Positions 1 through 9,154 are shown, counted from the stretch's first letter. The stretch: DNA of 38,390 bases from an uncultured Bacillota bacterium (GCA_949287815.1 CASEHS010000012.1:26866-65255), one strand, 5' to 3'. The notes: generated by a model from the letters alone, not told the origin. Made by a program: numbers and translations.

Positions 1-554
1 ACCGAAAGGATATTCTTTTTTGCGATCGCCATTCTGTAACCGTCGAGCGCGGTGAAAGACACACATCCTTCTTTCGTTTCGATCAGGCAGCCTTTGAGAA
101 CGGGTCTCGAATCGTCCTGCGCGCAGCAAAAGGTCGTTTTCGCGACGAGATCTTTGAGATCTTTTGCTTTCAAAGAAAAATGCGATTCGCGGACATTGAG
201 ATCGATCGCAGGAAAATCCTGTGCTTTGAGAACCTGGATACAGCTTTCGGAATTTCCGTATCTGATATTGAGCTTGTCCTCTTCGCCGGCCATGACGATC
301 TGTACGTTTTCCAGTTTCTTAATAAAATCCGCGAAATATTTACCGGGTACGCAGAGTTCTCCCTCTTCTAAAACTTCCGCTTTTATCTTTTTCTCGATGG
401 AGATCTCCGAATCGGTTGCAAGCAGAATAAGCGTATCGTTCACTGCGGAAAGCTTGATACATTCCAATATCGGATTTGTCGTTTTCGTGCTGCAAGCCTT
501 GACAACTTTCATTACTGCGTCGGAAAGATCCACGCCTTCACAGATTATTTTCAT
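1..554 (-). CDS. dnaN: DNA polymerase III beta sliding clamp, N-terminal half (partial; 3' end lies beyond the window edge)
   Basis: - strand reading frame is open from the ATG at 552-554 to position 1. Translation MKIICEGVDLSDAVMKVVKACSTKTTNPILECIKL...SRPVLKGC...TALDGYRMA matches beta-clamp domains I-II (compare B. subtilis TRPILTGV / ATDSHRLA). GGAGG RBS at 559-563 (complement). The + strand ORF 52..603 is the antisense shadow. Confidence 0.85.
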   Translation of the reverse strand, partial: MKIICEGVDLSDAVMKVVKACSTKTTNPILECIKLSAVNDTLILLATDSEISIEKKIKAEVLEEGELCVPGKYFADFIKKLENVQIVMAGEEDKLNIRYGNSESCIQVLKAQDFPAIDLNVRESHFSLKAKDLKDLVAKTTFCCAQDDSRPVLKGCLIETKEGCVSFTALDGYRMAIAKKNILS

Positions 555-602
555 AATTCCTCCGTTCAAGAAAAAATTCTACCCTTACGGGATTATTATA
601 TA

Positions 603-989
603 AATATATTTTATTATAAAATGTTATTATTAATAATAAGGGATGTAGAATTGTGCATAACTTCGCTCAAATCCCGAAAAACATCCTCTTTTAACTGTAT
701 TATATATAAAAACGCAGAAAAAAGCAAGCAACTTACCGATAAAAAGGTGTGGACAATCGTTGATTTTTCTGGGGATAAACTCGGGGATAAAGAGTGGAAA
801 TGTAAATAGACTTTCCACAAAGCGGGCAGAAGTATGAGTGAGCAATAGAAGAAAAAGAAAGGAAAAAAGGTAGTTATCAAGAATTACACAAGAGAAATCA
901 ACAATGTGGAAAACCGGAAGTGGAAAAGGTGGATAAGCAATTTTTACAAAATAATTGAAAAAGAAAAAAAAGTATGATATAATAAAAAT
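603..989. other. Candidate replication origin (oriC-like): AT-rich spacer with DnaA-box cluster between divergent dnaN and rsmG
   Basis: DnaA-box-like 9-mers (consensus TGTGGATAA / TTATCCACA) with 1 mismatch or fewer at 748-756 (TGTGGACAA), 770-778 (TGGGGATAA), 905-913 (TGTGGAAAA), 928-936 (GGTGGATAA). Two-mismatch copies at 782-790, 812-820, 921-929. Extremely AT-rich tracts at 601-650 and 940-989 could be unwinding elements. Flanking genes are transcribed away from the region. Confidence 0.45.
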
Positions 990-1679
990 ATGGAACAAAA
1001 TCAGGAAAAAATATGGTTTTCTCTCATCAATGAAGGGAAAACGGGCGAGAAATTCGAAAGATTTTACGGGCTTTTAACCGAATACAACGAAAAATTCAAT
1101 CTTACACGGATTGTGGATAAAGAGGATTGCAAGATAAAACATTTTCTGGACAGTATTTCGGGCGAAAGATTTTTTCCGAAAGGCGCGAGCGTTGCGGAGA
1201 TCGGTTCGGGCGGGGGATTTCCTTCCGTGCCGCTGATGATCGTAAGGGAAGATCTGAAATTCACTTTGATTGAATCGTCCGAAAAAAAGTGTGTTTTTTT
1301 AAGGGAAATCTGTAAACAACTTGATCTGAATGCCGAAGTTTATCATTTGCGTGCGGAAGAGGCGGCAAGAACGCAGCAATTTCGGGAAACATTCGATGTT
1401 TGCTGCGCAAGAGCGGTAGCAAGGCTCAACACTCTTTCCGAATATTGTATCCCGTTCGTAAAAAAAGGCGGAAGATTCATAGCATATAAGGGAAAGGCGG
1501 AAGAAGAAATTTCGGAAACAGGGCATGCTTTTGAAGTTTTGGGCGTAAAACTTGTCAAAGCGGAGTGTTTTACTTTGCCCGACGGATCGGAAAGGGCGAT
1601 CATCGTGGCAGAGAAGGTAAAAGGTACGCCGGACGGGTATCCGAGAGGACGGGGAAAAGAGAGGAGTAAACCGCTGTGA
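990..1679 (+). CDS. rsmG: 16S rRNA (guanine527-N7)-methyltransferase RsmG (GidB)
   Basis: 229 aa. SAM-binding motif EIGSGGGFP, LIES..KK..FL and the overall sequence are typical of RsmG. Confidence 0.9.
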   Translation: MEQNQEKIWFSLINEGKTGEKFERFYGLLTEYNEKFNLTRIVDKEDCKIKHFLDSISGERFFPKGASVAEIGSGGGFPSVPLMIVREDLKFTLIESSEKKCVFLREICKQLDLNAEVYHLRAEEAARTQQFRETFDVCCARAVARLNTLSEYCIPFVKKGGRFIAYKGKAEEEISETGHAFEVLGVKLVKAECFTLPDGSERAIIVAEKVKGTPDGYPRGRGKERSKPL

Positions 1680-2122
1680 TAGTTTGTGCGATCACCGGGC
1701 ATAGGAGGCTCGGAAGAGATTTTTCGGAAAGGGATGCGGAAATAAGGCTTATGCAACTTGTCGGAATGGGTGTGGATGTGTTTTTATGCGGCATGGCGAT
1801 GGGTTTTGATATGCTGTGCTGCGAAATACTTCTTCGGCTTCGGGAAAAGTATCCTATCAAAATAGTTGCGGTCATACCCTGTAAAAACCAGAGCGAAAAA
1901 TTTCCGGAAAGCGAAAAGAGAAGATACGAAAATCTGAAACTTGCCTGCGACAGACAGGAGATTCTGCACGAGAAATACGTGGAAGGCTGTATGTTTGAGC
2001 GCAACAGAAAAATGGTAGACGAATGCGATCTCGTTTTTGCCTATCTCAAAGAGGCGAGAGGCGGAACGAAATATACCGTCGATTATGCAAAAAAGAAGGG
2101 AAAACCCATAGTATTTTTATGA
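1676..2122 (+). CDS. YpsA-like SLOG-family protein (DUF1273)
   Basis: 148 aa. N-terminal ITGHR motif and the architecture of the YpsA/YoqJ DUF1273 family. GTG start overlaps the rsmG stop (GTGA), suggesting translational coupling. Confidence 0.65.
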   Translation: MIVCAITGHRRLGRDFSERDAEIRLMQLVGMGVDVFLCGMAMGFDMLCCEILLRLREKYPIKIVAVIPCKNQSEKFPESEKRRYENLKLACDRQEILHEKYVEGCMFERNRKMVDECDLVFAYLKEARGGTKYTVDYAKKKGKPIVFL

Positions 2123-2210
2123 GTTTTCATTAAACTGATTTTTTTCGGAAAAACGGAAAAAGTCAGAAAATAAATATAACTTTCTTAATTTAAAGAGAAA
2201 GGAGGAGAAA

Positions 2211-2798
2211 ATGAGTTGGTTTGAAAGAATGAGCGGTCTTGAAATCGCATATTTCATTATAGCCTGTATCGGCACAGTCCTTTTGTTGGTGCAGATCGTG
2301 ATGATGATCATAGGAGCGGACGGTGACGCCGATTTAGATACGGACACGGACGGAGACGGTGCGCTGGATTCGCATACGGACACGGGTATTTCCCTGTTCA
2401 CGATGAAGGGGCTTACGGCTTTCTTTGCGATCGGCGGCTGGACGGGCGTAGTTCTCTTGTCTTACGGTATCAAAGCGGCGATATCCGTATCTGTTTCCGT
2501 CGCGGCGGGGCTCGTGGCGTATGTCGTGGTATGGCTGATCTTGCGCGCGGTATTGAAATTGCAGGAAGACGGCACGCAGGATTACGGCACGGCGGTCGGA
2601 AAAACGGCGACGGTGTATGTAGGCATTCCTCCCAAAAGGAGCGGCAGAGGCAAGATCACCCTCACTTTGCAGGGCAGATACACGGAAGCGGATGCCGTAA
2701 CGGACGAGGAAGAAAAGATACCCGTGGATGAAACGGTGGAGATCGTGGAAACTGCGGGAGATTTCTTTGTTGTGAAAAGAAAAAGCAACAACGGCTGA
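2211..2798 (+). CDS. NfeD-like membrane protein (flotillin-associated, OB-fold C-terminus)
   Basis: 195 aa. N-terminal TM helices, Asp/Thr-rich loop, C-terminal beta-rich soluble domain. Lies immediately upstream of a flotillin, as in the yuaF-floT / yqeZ-floA pairs. AGGAGG RBS. Confidence 0.7.
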   Translation: MSWFERMSGLEIAYFIIACIGTVLLLVQIVMMIIGADGDADLDTDTDGDGALDSHTDTGISLFTMKGLTAFFAIGGWTGVVLLSYGIKAAISVSVSVAAGLVAYVVVWLILRAVLKLQEDGTQDYGTAVGKTATVYVGIPPKRSGRGKITLTLQGRYTEADAVTDEEEKIPVDETVEIVETAGDFFVVKRKSNNG

Positions 2799-2855
2799 AA
2801 AAAGTTAAAAACGGGTAGTAAATCCGATAAAAAGAGAGAATAAGGAGAGAAAATC

Positions 2856-4295
2856 ATGCAGGCTTGGATTGTTGTTCTGATCGTGGTCGCGGTACTTGTA
2901 CTGTTTATGCTGCTGCTCATGGTACTTACGCGGTATAAGAAATGCCCGCCCGACAAAATTATGGTCATTTACGGTAAAGTAGGCGCGGATAAAAACGGAA
3001 ATGCGCGCAGTTCGAAGTGTATTCACGGCGGTGCGGCGTTTATCTGGCCGCTCGTGCAGGCGTTTACATATCTCGATCTTACGCCCCTTTCGATCAGCGT
3101 AGATCTGAAAAGCGCGCTGTCCCGTCAGAATATCCGTATAGACGTACCTTCCATATTCACCGTCGGTATCTCAACCGAACCCACGGTCATGGAAAACGCG
3201 GCGGAAAGGCTGAGAAACCTGAAAATGCAGGAAATACAGGAACTTGCAAAAGACATCATTTTCGGTCAGTTGAGATTGGTCATCGCAACGATGAATATCG
3301 AGGAGATCAACACCGACCGCGATAAATTTCTGGAAGCGATTTCGAGAAACGTGGAAGGGGAACTCAAAAAGATCGGTCTTCGCCTGATCAACGTGAACGT
3401 CACGGATATTTCCGATGAATCGGGCTATATCATCGCGCTCGGAAAAGAAGCGGCTGCAAAAGCGATCAACGATGCGAAAATTTCTGTCGCGGAAGCGAAC
3501 AAAGCGGGTTCTATCGGTGAAGCGAACGCGAAAATGGAAGAGCGTGTGCGCGTTGCACAGGCGGAAAGCGAAGCGATAAAGGGCGAAAACAAAGCGAAAG
3601 CGGAAATCGCAAAGACGCAGGCTGAACTTCGCGAAAAGGAAGCGGAAGCGTTGAAACTTGCGGTAACGGCGGAAAAAGTACAGGCGGCAAAGGCATTGGA
3701 AGAAAGCTATGCTGCCGAACAGCAGGCAGAAATTTCGCGTGCGGCGAAAGAAAAAGCGACGCAGGAAGCGGACGTCATCGTCTCCTCCGAGATCGACAAA
3801 CGTCAGAAAGAAATAGAAGCGGATGCAGAAGCGGAGCAAATGCGCAGAAAAGCAAAAGGTGAAGCGGACGCGATCTATGCGAAGATGGAAGCGGAAGCGC
3901 GCGGTATCCGCGAAAAGCTTTCCAAACAGGCAGAAGGTTTAGACGCGCTCGTGAAAGCGGCGGGCGGCGAAGCGAACGACGCAGTGCGCCTGATGCTTGC
4001 CGACAAGATCGAACAGCTCGTAGCCGAACAGGTAGAAGCGATCAAGAATATCAAAATCGACAAAGTCACCGTATGGGACGGCGGGGAAAACAAAGACGGA
4101 AAGAGTGCGACAGCCGGATTTTTGAGCGGACTTTTAAAGAGTCTGCCTCCTTTGGAAGAGATGTACAACATGGCAGGGCTTACCCTTCCCAAAGTGATCT
4201 CTCCTCAGCCTCAGACGGAAAAAAAGGCAGCGGAAACTTCCAAAACTTCTGAAAAACCCGCAAAAAAGTCGGAAAAGTCAGAAAAAACGGAATAA
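2856..4295 (+). CDS. floT: Flotillin-like SPFH-domain protein (FloT/YuaG-like)
   Basis: 479 aa. N-terminal TM, SPFH/band-7 domain, long Ala/Glu/Lys-rich coiled-coil (EA-repeat-like), C-terminal K/E/S-rich tail. RBS AAGGAGAG. Confidence 0.85.
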   Translation: MQAWIVVLIVVAVLVLFMLLLMVLTRYKKCPPDKIMVIYGKVGADKNGNARSSKCIHGGAAFIWPLVQAFTYLDLTPLSISVDLKSALSRQNIRIDVPSIFTVGISTEPTVMENAAERLRNLKMQEIQELAKDIIFGQLRLVIATMNIEEINTDRDKFLEAISRNVEGELKKIGLRLINVNVTDISDESGYIIALGKEAAAKAINDAKISVAEANKAGSIGEANAKMEERVRVAQAESEAIKGENKAKAEIAKTQAELREKEAEALKLAVTAEKVQAAKALEESYAAEQQAEISRAAKEKATQEADVIVSSEIDKRQKEIEADAEAEQMRRKAKGEADAIYAKMEAEARGIREKLSKQAEGLDALVKAAGGEANDAVRLMLADKIEQLVAEQVEAIKNIKIDKVTVWDGGENKDGKSATAGFLSGLLKSLPPLEEMYNMAGLTLPKVISPQPQTEKKAAETSKTSEKPAKKSEKSEKTE

Positions 4296-4325
4296 ACCTG
4301 ATTATATAAATTAAATCAAACGTCA

Positions 4326-4358
4326 GCAGACAGGGAAAGAAATCCCTGTCTGTTTTTT
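4326..4358 (+). terminator. Rho-independent terminator after floT
   Basis: Hairpin cagacaggg-aaagaaat-ccctgtctg followed by TTTTTTGT. Confidence 0.75.
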
Positions 4359-4427
4359 GTATATCGGAAAAAGAAATTTTTAAGATTTTATCAGAAAAAA
4401 TTTTTTTTAAAAAAAGGAAAAATTTGC

Positions 4428-4456
4428 TTGACATTAAAAGTTAAACGTGGTAAACT
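4428..4456 (+). promoter_or_regulatory. Sigma-A-type promoter of the feo operon
   Basis: TTGACA (4428-4433), 17-nt spacer, TAAACT (4451-4456). It lies about 75 nt upstream of feoA. Confidence 0.55.
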
Positions 4457-4529
4457 TTCAATCGTTAATCAAGGTTAATTTTTTTTGCGTTGAAAAATAG
4501 AGGAAAGGGAAGCGCAAAAAGAGAGGAGG

Positions 4530-4745
4530 TTGTCTATGCCGTTGCCGATTGCCCCTGCGGGGGAAGAACTCACGGTAAAAAAGGTACTTACCGACGAAAA
4601 GAACAAGAGGCATTTTGAAAATTTAGGGATCACGATCGGAACGAAGATACAGATATTGTCCCAGGTAGGCGGAAACGTGATCATAAAAGTTAAGGACGGC
4701 AGGCTCGCGCTGGACAGAACGCTTGCGATGAAAATTTTCGTGTAA
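4530..4745 (+). CDS. feoA: Ferrous iron transport protein A (FeoA), copy 1
   Basis: 71 aa SH3-like FeoA domain (VKKVLTDEKNKRHFENLGITIGTKIQIL...). GGAGG RBS. Confidence 0.8.
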   Translation: MSMPLPIAPAGEELTVKKVLTDEKNKRHFENLGITIGTKIQILSQVGGNVIIKVKDGRLALDRTLAMKIFV

Positions 4746-4808
4746 GGGCGTCAAAGCTGGCAAAAGAGACAAAACAAGAAAAATATTGTTTATGGGAGCA
4801 TAAATTAT

Positions 4809-5045
4809 ATGGAAAAGAAACTCAATACATTCGTCCCCGGAGAGAGCGGAAGAGTTTTGCGCATCGAAGGGGAAGGAAAGATCCGCAGGCGGCTCTTTGA
4901 TATGGGAGTTACGCCGGGAGCGGAGATCCTCCTCAGAAAACTTGCGCCGCTCGGCGATCCCGTAGAGATCAATCTGCGCGGATACGAACTCTCTTTGAGA
5001 AAGAGCGAAGCGGAATGTGTCGTAATGGAGGTAAAAAATGCTTAA
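4809..5045 (+). CDS. feoA: Ferrous iron transport protein A (FeoA), copy 2
   Basis: 78 aa FeoA domain (GESGRVLRIEGEGKIRRRLFDMGVTPGAEI). Its stop overlaps the feoB start (ATGCTTAA). Confidence 0.8.
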   Translation: MEKKLNTFVPGESGRVLRIEGEGKIRRRLFDMGVTPGAEILLRKLAPLGDPVEINLRGYELSLRKSEAECVVMEVKNA

Positions 5046-7320
5046 ATTCGCATTGGCAGGAAACCCCAACTCGGGCAAAACGACACTTTTTAACACGCTT
5101 ACGGGAAGCACGGCGCACGTCGGAAACTGGCCGGGCGTCACCGTAGACAAGAGGGAAGGCGTCTATAAAAAACTTTCTTCGCCCGTTCAGATCGTAGACC
5201 TTCCCGGCATATATTCCCTTTCGCCTTATACGCCCGAAGAAGTGATTTCGAGAAACTTCATTCTGGACGAAAAGCCCGATTGCGTCATCAATATCGTGGA
5301 TGCGACCAATCTTGAAAGGAATCTGTATCTGACCACGCAGATCATGGAAATAGACGTTCCCGTCGTCATCGCGCTCAATATGATGGACGTAGTGAGAAAG
5401 CGCGGCGACAAATTGGACGCAAAAAAACTCGAACAAAAGACGGGGCTTCCCGTAGTAGAGATCTCCGCTCTTAAAGAAGAGGGGATCAAAGAACTCATGG
5501 AGCGTGCGTACGCGGCGGCGCAGAAAAAGAGAGCAGGAAAAAGTGTTCTCGAAAAATCTCCGCTTTCGCACGTGATCGACGACGTGAGGATCGCGCTCAA
5601 AGGCAAGGGCGTAGAAAATCCGCTCTTCCATGCAGTCAAACTCACCGAGGGGGATGAACTGGAAGTCAAGGACCATCCCGCAGAGATCGCAATGGTCGAA
5701 GAGTTCAAAAAACAGTTCTCAGACGACATTTTCGCGGGAGATTTCGAAGCGATGGTCGCCGATGCGCGGTATAAATACATATCTACGGAATTTTCCGCGG
5801 CACTCACCCGTTCGGAAAAGAAAGAGACGTTTACAAAATCGGATAAAGCGGATAAAATTCTCACGCACAGGATATTCGGTATCCCTATTTTTCTCGTCAT
5901 TCTGTTTGCCGTTTTCCATCTCACGTTCGGAGAAGACCTTCTGTACCTGAACACGATTTTCGGCTTTGCAAATGACGTTTCTACGGGCAACGCCGTGCTC
6001 GATTCGTTTGTCGCTGTGTTTTATAGTTCCGCGGGTATCTCCACTCCCGGCGGTATCCTATTCAATCTGATGGGATTTTGTACCGATCAGTTGGGCGGAC
6101 TCATTGCCGAAGGTATGGCAAAAACGGGCGCAGCCGCCTGGGCGCAGGGGCTGGTCAACGAAGGTATCTGGGGCGGCGTTTCGGGGGTACTTTCTTTTGT
6201 GCCGCAGATACTGTTTCTGTTTCTTTGTATTTCCATTCTCGAAGATTCGGGATATATGGCGCGCGTGGCGTTTATCCTTGACCGCGCGTTCCGCAAATTC
6301 GGGCTTTCGGGCAGGGCGTTTATCCCTATGATCATGGGATTCGGCTGTTCTGTTCCCGCAGCGATCAACACGAGAACGCTCGCCGACGAAAAAGAAAGAA
6401 TTATGACGAACAGAGTCATTCCTTTCTTCACCTGCGGCGCAAAAGCGCCTATCCTTGCCGCCGTATGCGGAGCGATCGCTTCCAGATATACGGGGATAGA
6501 TGCGGGACTCATCGTATTTTTATTGTATGTGTTCGGCATGGCAATGGCGGTGCTTATGGTCGCGCTCATGCGTCAGACTTCTATGAGAGGGGAAGTCGCT
6601 CCCTTTATTATGGAACTTCCCGCCTATCACGCGCCCCAGTTTAAAAATCTGATGGCGCACCTTTGGGATAAACTCAAACACTACGTTCACAAAGCGTTTA
6701 CCATTATTCTTGCGTCCTGTATCATCATCTGGTTCCTTTCCAACTTCTCCTGGGAATGGAAAATGGTCAGCATGAACGAAAGTATTCTGCACGACATCGG
6801 TTCGTTCTGTCAGTGGCTGTTTACGCCCATGGGATTCGGATACGGTACTTCCGCCCTCAATCAGTACGGCTGGGTATTCGTCGTCGCGGCGGTAACGGGA
6901 CTCATTGCAAAAGAAAACGTCATTGCAACGTTCTTCATTCTTGCTCAGGCACTCGGCGGACTTGTCGGGGTGGAAGGGCAGTCGGAAGACGGCATTGCGG
7001 AAGTTCTGTTCCTTATGGAAAAGACGGGTATCACCTGGCAGGGACTTATGGCGTTTACGGTATTCAATATGCTCACCGTACCCTGTTTTGCGGCAGCGGC
7101 AACGGTCAGAGGCGAACTTCCGAAAGGAAAATTCAAGTATACGCTTGCATTCTGGCTCCTCACTTCCTATATCACATCCACGCTTGTTTTCGTGGTGCTG
7201 AGCTGGTGGTGGACGGCGTTCATCGTCGCGGCCGTGATCGCTCTTGTAATAGTGTACTTTGTGCTTCGCAATAAGGGTAAGATCAACTTCGGCAGAAGAA
7301 AGGGCGCAAGCAGAGAATAA
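5038..7320 (+). CDS. feoB: Ferrous iron transporter FeoB (G-domain plus polytopic membrane domain)
   Basis: 760 aa. P-loop GNPNSGKTT, G-domain, gate motifs and a long membrane domain. Full-length FeoB. Confidence 0.95.
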   Translation: MLKFALAGNPNSGKTTLFNTLTGSTAHVGNWPGVTVDKREGVYKKLSSPVQIVDLPGIYSLSPYTPEEVISRNFILDEKPDCVINIVDATNLERNLYLTTQIMEIDVPVVIALNMMDVVRKRGDKLDAKKLEQKTGLPVVEISALKEEGIKELMERAYAAAQKKRAGKSVLEKSPLSHVIDDVRIALKGKGVENPLFHAVKLTEGDELEVKDHPAEIAMVEEFKKQFSDDIFAGDFEAMVADARYKYISTEFSAALTRSEKKETFTKSDKADKILTHRIFGIPIFLVILFAVFHLTFGEDLLYLNTIFGFANDVSTGNAVLDSFVAVFYSSAGISTPGGILFNLMGFCTDQLGGLIAEGMAKTGAAAWAQGLVNEGIWGGVSGVLSFVPQILFLFLCISILEDSGYMARVAFILDRAFRKFGLSGRAFIPMIMGFGCSVPAAINTRTLADEKERIMTNRVIPFFTCGAKAPILAAVCGAIASRYTGIDAGLIVFLLYVFGMAMAVLMVALMRQTSMRGEVAPFIMELPAYHAPQFKNLMAHLWDKLKHYVHKAFTIILASCIIIWFLSNFSWEWKMVSMNESILHDIGSFCQWLFTPMGFGYGTSALNQYGWVFVVAAVTGLIAKENVIATFFILAQALGGLVGVEGQSEDGIAEVLFLMEKTGITWQGLMAFTVFNMLTVPCFAAAATVRGELPKGKFKYTLAFWLLTSYITSTLVFVVLSWWWTAFIVAAVIALVIVYFVLRNKGKINFGRRKGASRE

Positions 7321-7356
7321 AAAGCCGCTTGAAAAACGGGCGGCAAAGGAGTAAAT

Positions 7357-7578
7357 ATGAATTTACTTTTATCGGCGACGGGTACGGTCGTTACCGTACT
7401 TGTCGGGGTGATTGCCGTAGCCGTTGTAGTGGCTACGATCGTATGGCACATTCTGAGAAAAAAACAGGGCAAAACGGGTTGCGGCTGCGATTGCAGCGGC
7501 TGTGCGGGCTGTTCCTCGTGTGTTTCACGGAAAACCAAAGAAACAAAGACAGATAAAAACAAAAAAAGTGAGACCTGA
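7357..7578 (+). CDS. FeoB-associated Cys-rich small membrane protein
   Basis: 73 aa. One TM helix followed by GCGCDCSGCAGCSSC. Position immediately after feoB is typical of this family. Confidence 0.65.
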   Translation: MNLLLSATGTVVTVLVGVIAVAVVVATIVWHILRKKQGKTGCGCDCSGCAGCSSCVSRKTKETKTDKNKKSET

Positions 7579-7651
7579 AACCGTGTTTTTTTAAAAGTGC
7601 CTGAAAAAAGTTTACAGACAGATAACCTCTGATAACATAACCTCTAAGAAT

Positions 7652-7690
7652 GCCGCAGCGGAATTTTCCGCGGCGGCGTTTCTTTATAAA
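7652..7690 (+). terminator. Probable terminator of the feo operon
   Basis: Imperfect hairpin gccgcagcgg-aatttt-ccgcggcggc followed by TTTCTTT. Confidence 0.5.
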
Positions 7691-7755
7691 AATGCTTAAA
7701 AAAACTACGCCGCACTGTGTGAGAGGCAACAGTGAAAGAAGAAAACTTATATACG

Positions 7756-7783
7756 AAAAAAATCCTCACGCGTCGCGTGAGGA
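7756..7783 (-). terminator. Rho-independent terminator of rlmI-like gene
   Basis: On the - strand: cctcacgcg-ac-gcgtgagga followed by TTTTTTT. Confidence 0.75.
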
Positions 7784-7850
7784 GAATGAACGGGAAAAAT
7801 TTCCGATAATTTATATAAACAGAAAACTATAAGTAAAATAAATTTCAAGC

Positions 7851-9017
7851 TTAAAATATCTGCAAGAAAAACGCTTTGAGATAGTTTGTCTCTTCCGCGG
7901 TGAGCAGGGCGGGATGATCGGGAGCCTGAACGCGCACTTCCACGCATTTTACCCGTCTGCCGCTTGCCCTTGCGGCGTCTGCGAGCGTCTTTTCAAACAG
8001 CGGCAGCGTCATATAGTGGGAACAGGAGCAGGTGATCAGAAAACCGCCGCGTTTAACGAGTTTCATGGCGGTGAGGTTGATATCGCGGTAGCCGCGCGCG
8101 GCGTCCTTCACTTCTGCCGCGCTCTTGCAAAAAGCAGGGGGATCGAGGATCACGCAGTCAAATTCCGCCTTTTCCGCGCGGAATTTTCTTAAAAGTTCAA
8201 ACGCGTCTCCGCACAGAGTGTGAATATTTTTAAAACCGTTGAGCTCGGCGTTTTTCTTTACGTTTTCGAGGGCAAATTCGGAAATATCTACGGCGGTCAC
8301 TTCTTTTGCGCAAGTTGCGGCGTTGAGAGAAAAGCCGCCGCTGTTGCAGAAGCAGTCGAGGACTGACCCTTCCGCGCAATACCGCCTCGCCGCGAATCTG
8401 TTTTCTTTCTGATCGAGAAAATACCCCGTTTTCTGTCCGTTTTTCACGTCTACGGAGAGGAGAATGCCGTTTTCGCGAATGACGATCTCATCGGGTACTT
8501 CCCCGAAAAGCACTTTCGATTCAAGCGGAAGCCCTTCTTTTTTTCGTACCTGCACGTCGCCGCGCATATAGATCCCTTTGGGCGAAAACAACTCTTTCAG
8601 ACATTCGGCGATGAGTTCTTTACGCTCATCAATCCCGAAAGAAAGGCACTGCATCACGAGATAATCGCCGTATCTGTCCACGATCAGCGCGGGAAGATCG
8701 TCCGCTTCGGCAAAGACCATGCGGTAGCAATCGTCAAAAATAAGTTTTTTGCGCGCACGGTCGGCTTCTTCCAGCCTTTTAAGGTAGAAAGCCTTGTCGT
8801 CCACCTCGTCGCCGCGGATAAAAATGCGCACGAGGATCTTGGAAAGGTGGTTGATGTAACCTTTACCGATAAATCTTCCGTCGTTTGCGTACACTTCGGC
8901 AAGCGAGCCGTTTTTGTCTTTCCCTTCGATTTTCGCAACTTCGTTGGCATAAACCCAGCTGTGGCCGCCCGCGATGCGTTTTTCTTCGTTCTTTTTGAGA
9001 TAAATTTTGTAAGGCAT
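7851..9017 (-). CDS. rlmI: Class I SAM-dependent 23S rRNA m5C methyltransferase, RlmI-like (PUA + MTase)
   Basis: The six-frame ORF runs to 9161, but the RlmI-like start MPYKIYLKKNEEKRIAGGHSWVY (the GHPWVF-type PUA start) is the ATG at 9017. The 48 upstream codons are low-complexity. Catalytic Cys region TCSCSHYM. Confidence 0.78.
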   Translation of the reverse strand: MPYKIYLKKNEEKRIAGGHSWVYANEVAKIEGKDKNGSLAEVYANDGRFIGKGYINHLSKILVRIFIRGDEVDDKAFYLKRLEEADRARKKLIFDDCYRMVFAEADDLPALIVDRYGDYLVMQCLSFGIDERKELIAECLKELFSPKGIYMRGDVQVRKKEGLPLESKVLFGEVPDEIVIRENGILLSVDVKNGQKTGYFLDQKENRFAARRYCAEGSVLDCFCNSGGFSLNAATCAKEVTAVDISEFALENVKKNAELNGFKNIHTLCGDAFELLRKFRAEKAEFDCVILDPPAFCKSAAEVKDAARGYRDINLTAMKLVKRGGFLITCSCSHYMTLPLFEKTLADAARASGRRVKCVEVRVQAPDHPALLTAEETNYLKAFFLQIF

Positions 9018-9154
9018 AAATTTTTCCAAATACTGCGCCGAAAGGCGCGGTTGTTTTATTGAAAAGAAGTATATCAAAAACAGATAAAAAACGCAACTTT
9101 TCCGTGCGGCAGGGCAAGAAAAAGGGATGTGCCGCATTGCGGCGGGGGCAATGC

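Noticed and set aside
52-603. 183-aa + strand ORF at the window start
   Set aside because: It is Ser-rich and low-complexity, and exactly antisense to a well-supported dnaN reading frame with RBS. Treated as a shadow ORF.
3171-3839. Long antisense ORFs throughout the window. Examples: 3171-3839, 4969-5676, 5226-5990, 9440-10129, 11019-11753, 12140-13126, 13586-14605, 15412-16374, 16545-17381, 17475-18251, 19942-20688, 23212-24333, 25015-25644, 29268-30233, 30420-31157, 31997-32839, 33775-34353, 34289-35020
   Set aside because: Each lies opposite a confidently identified gene. They have Arg/Ser/Phe-rich, low-complexity translations and no RBS. Stop-codon-poor antisense frames are expected opposite GC3-rich coding DNA.
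4440-4530. Fur box upstream of feoA
   Set aside because: Only a weak TTAA...TTAA inverted repeat (GTTAATCAAGGTTAAT). No GATAATGATAATCATTATC-like 19-mer. Cannot support a Fur site from sequence.
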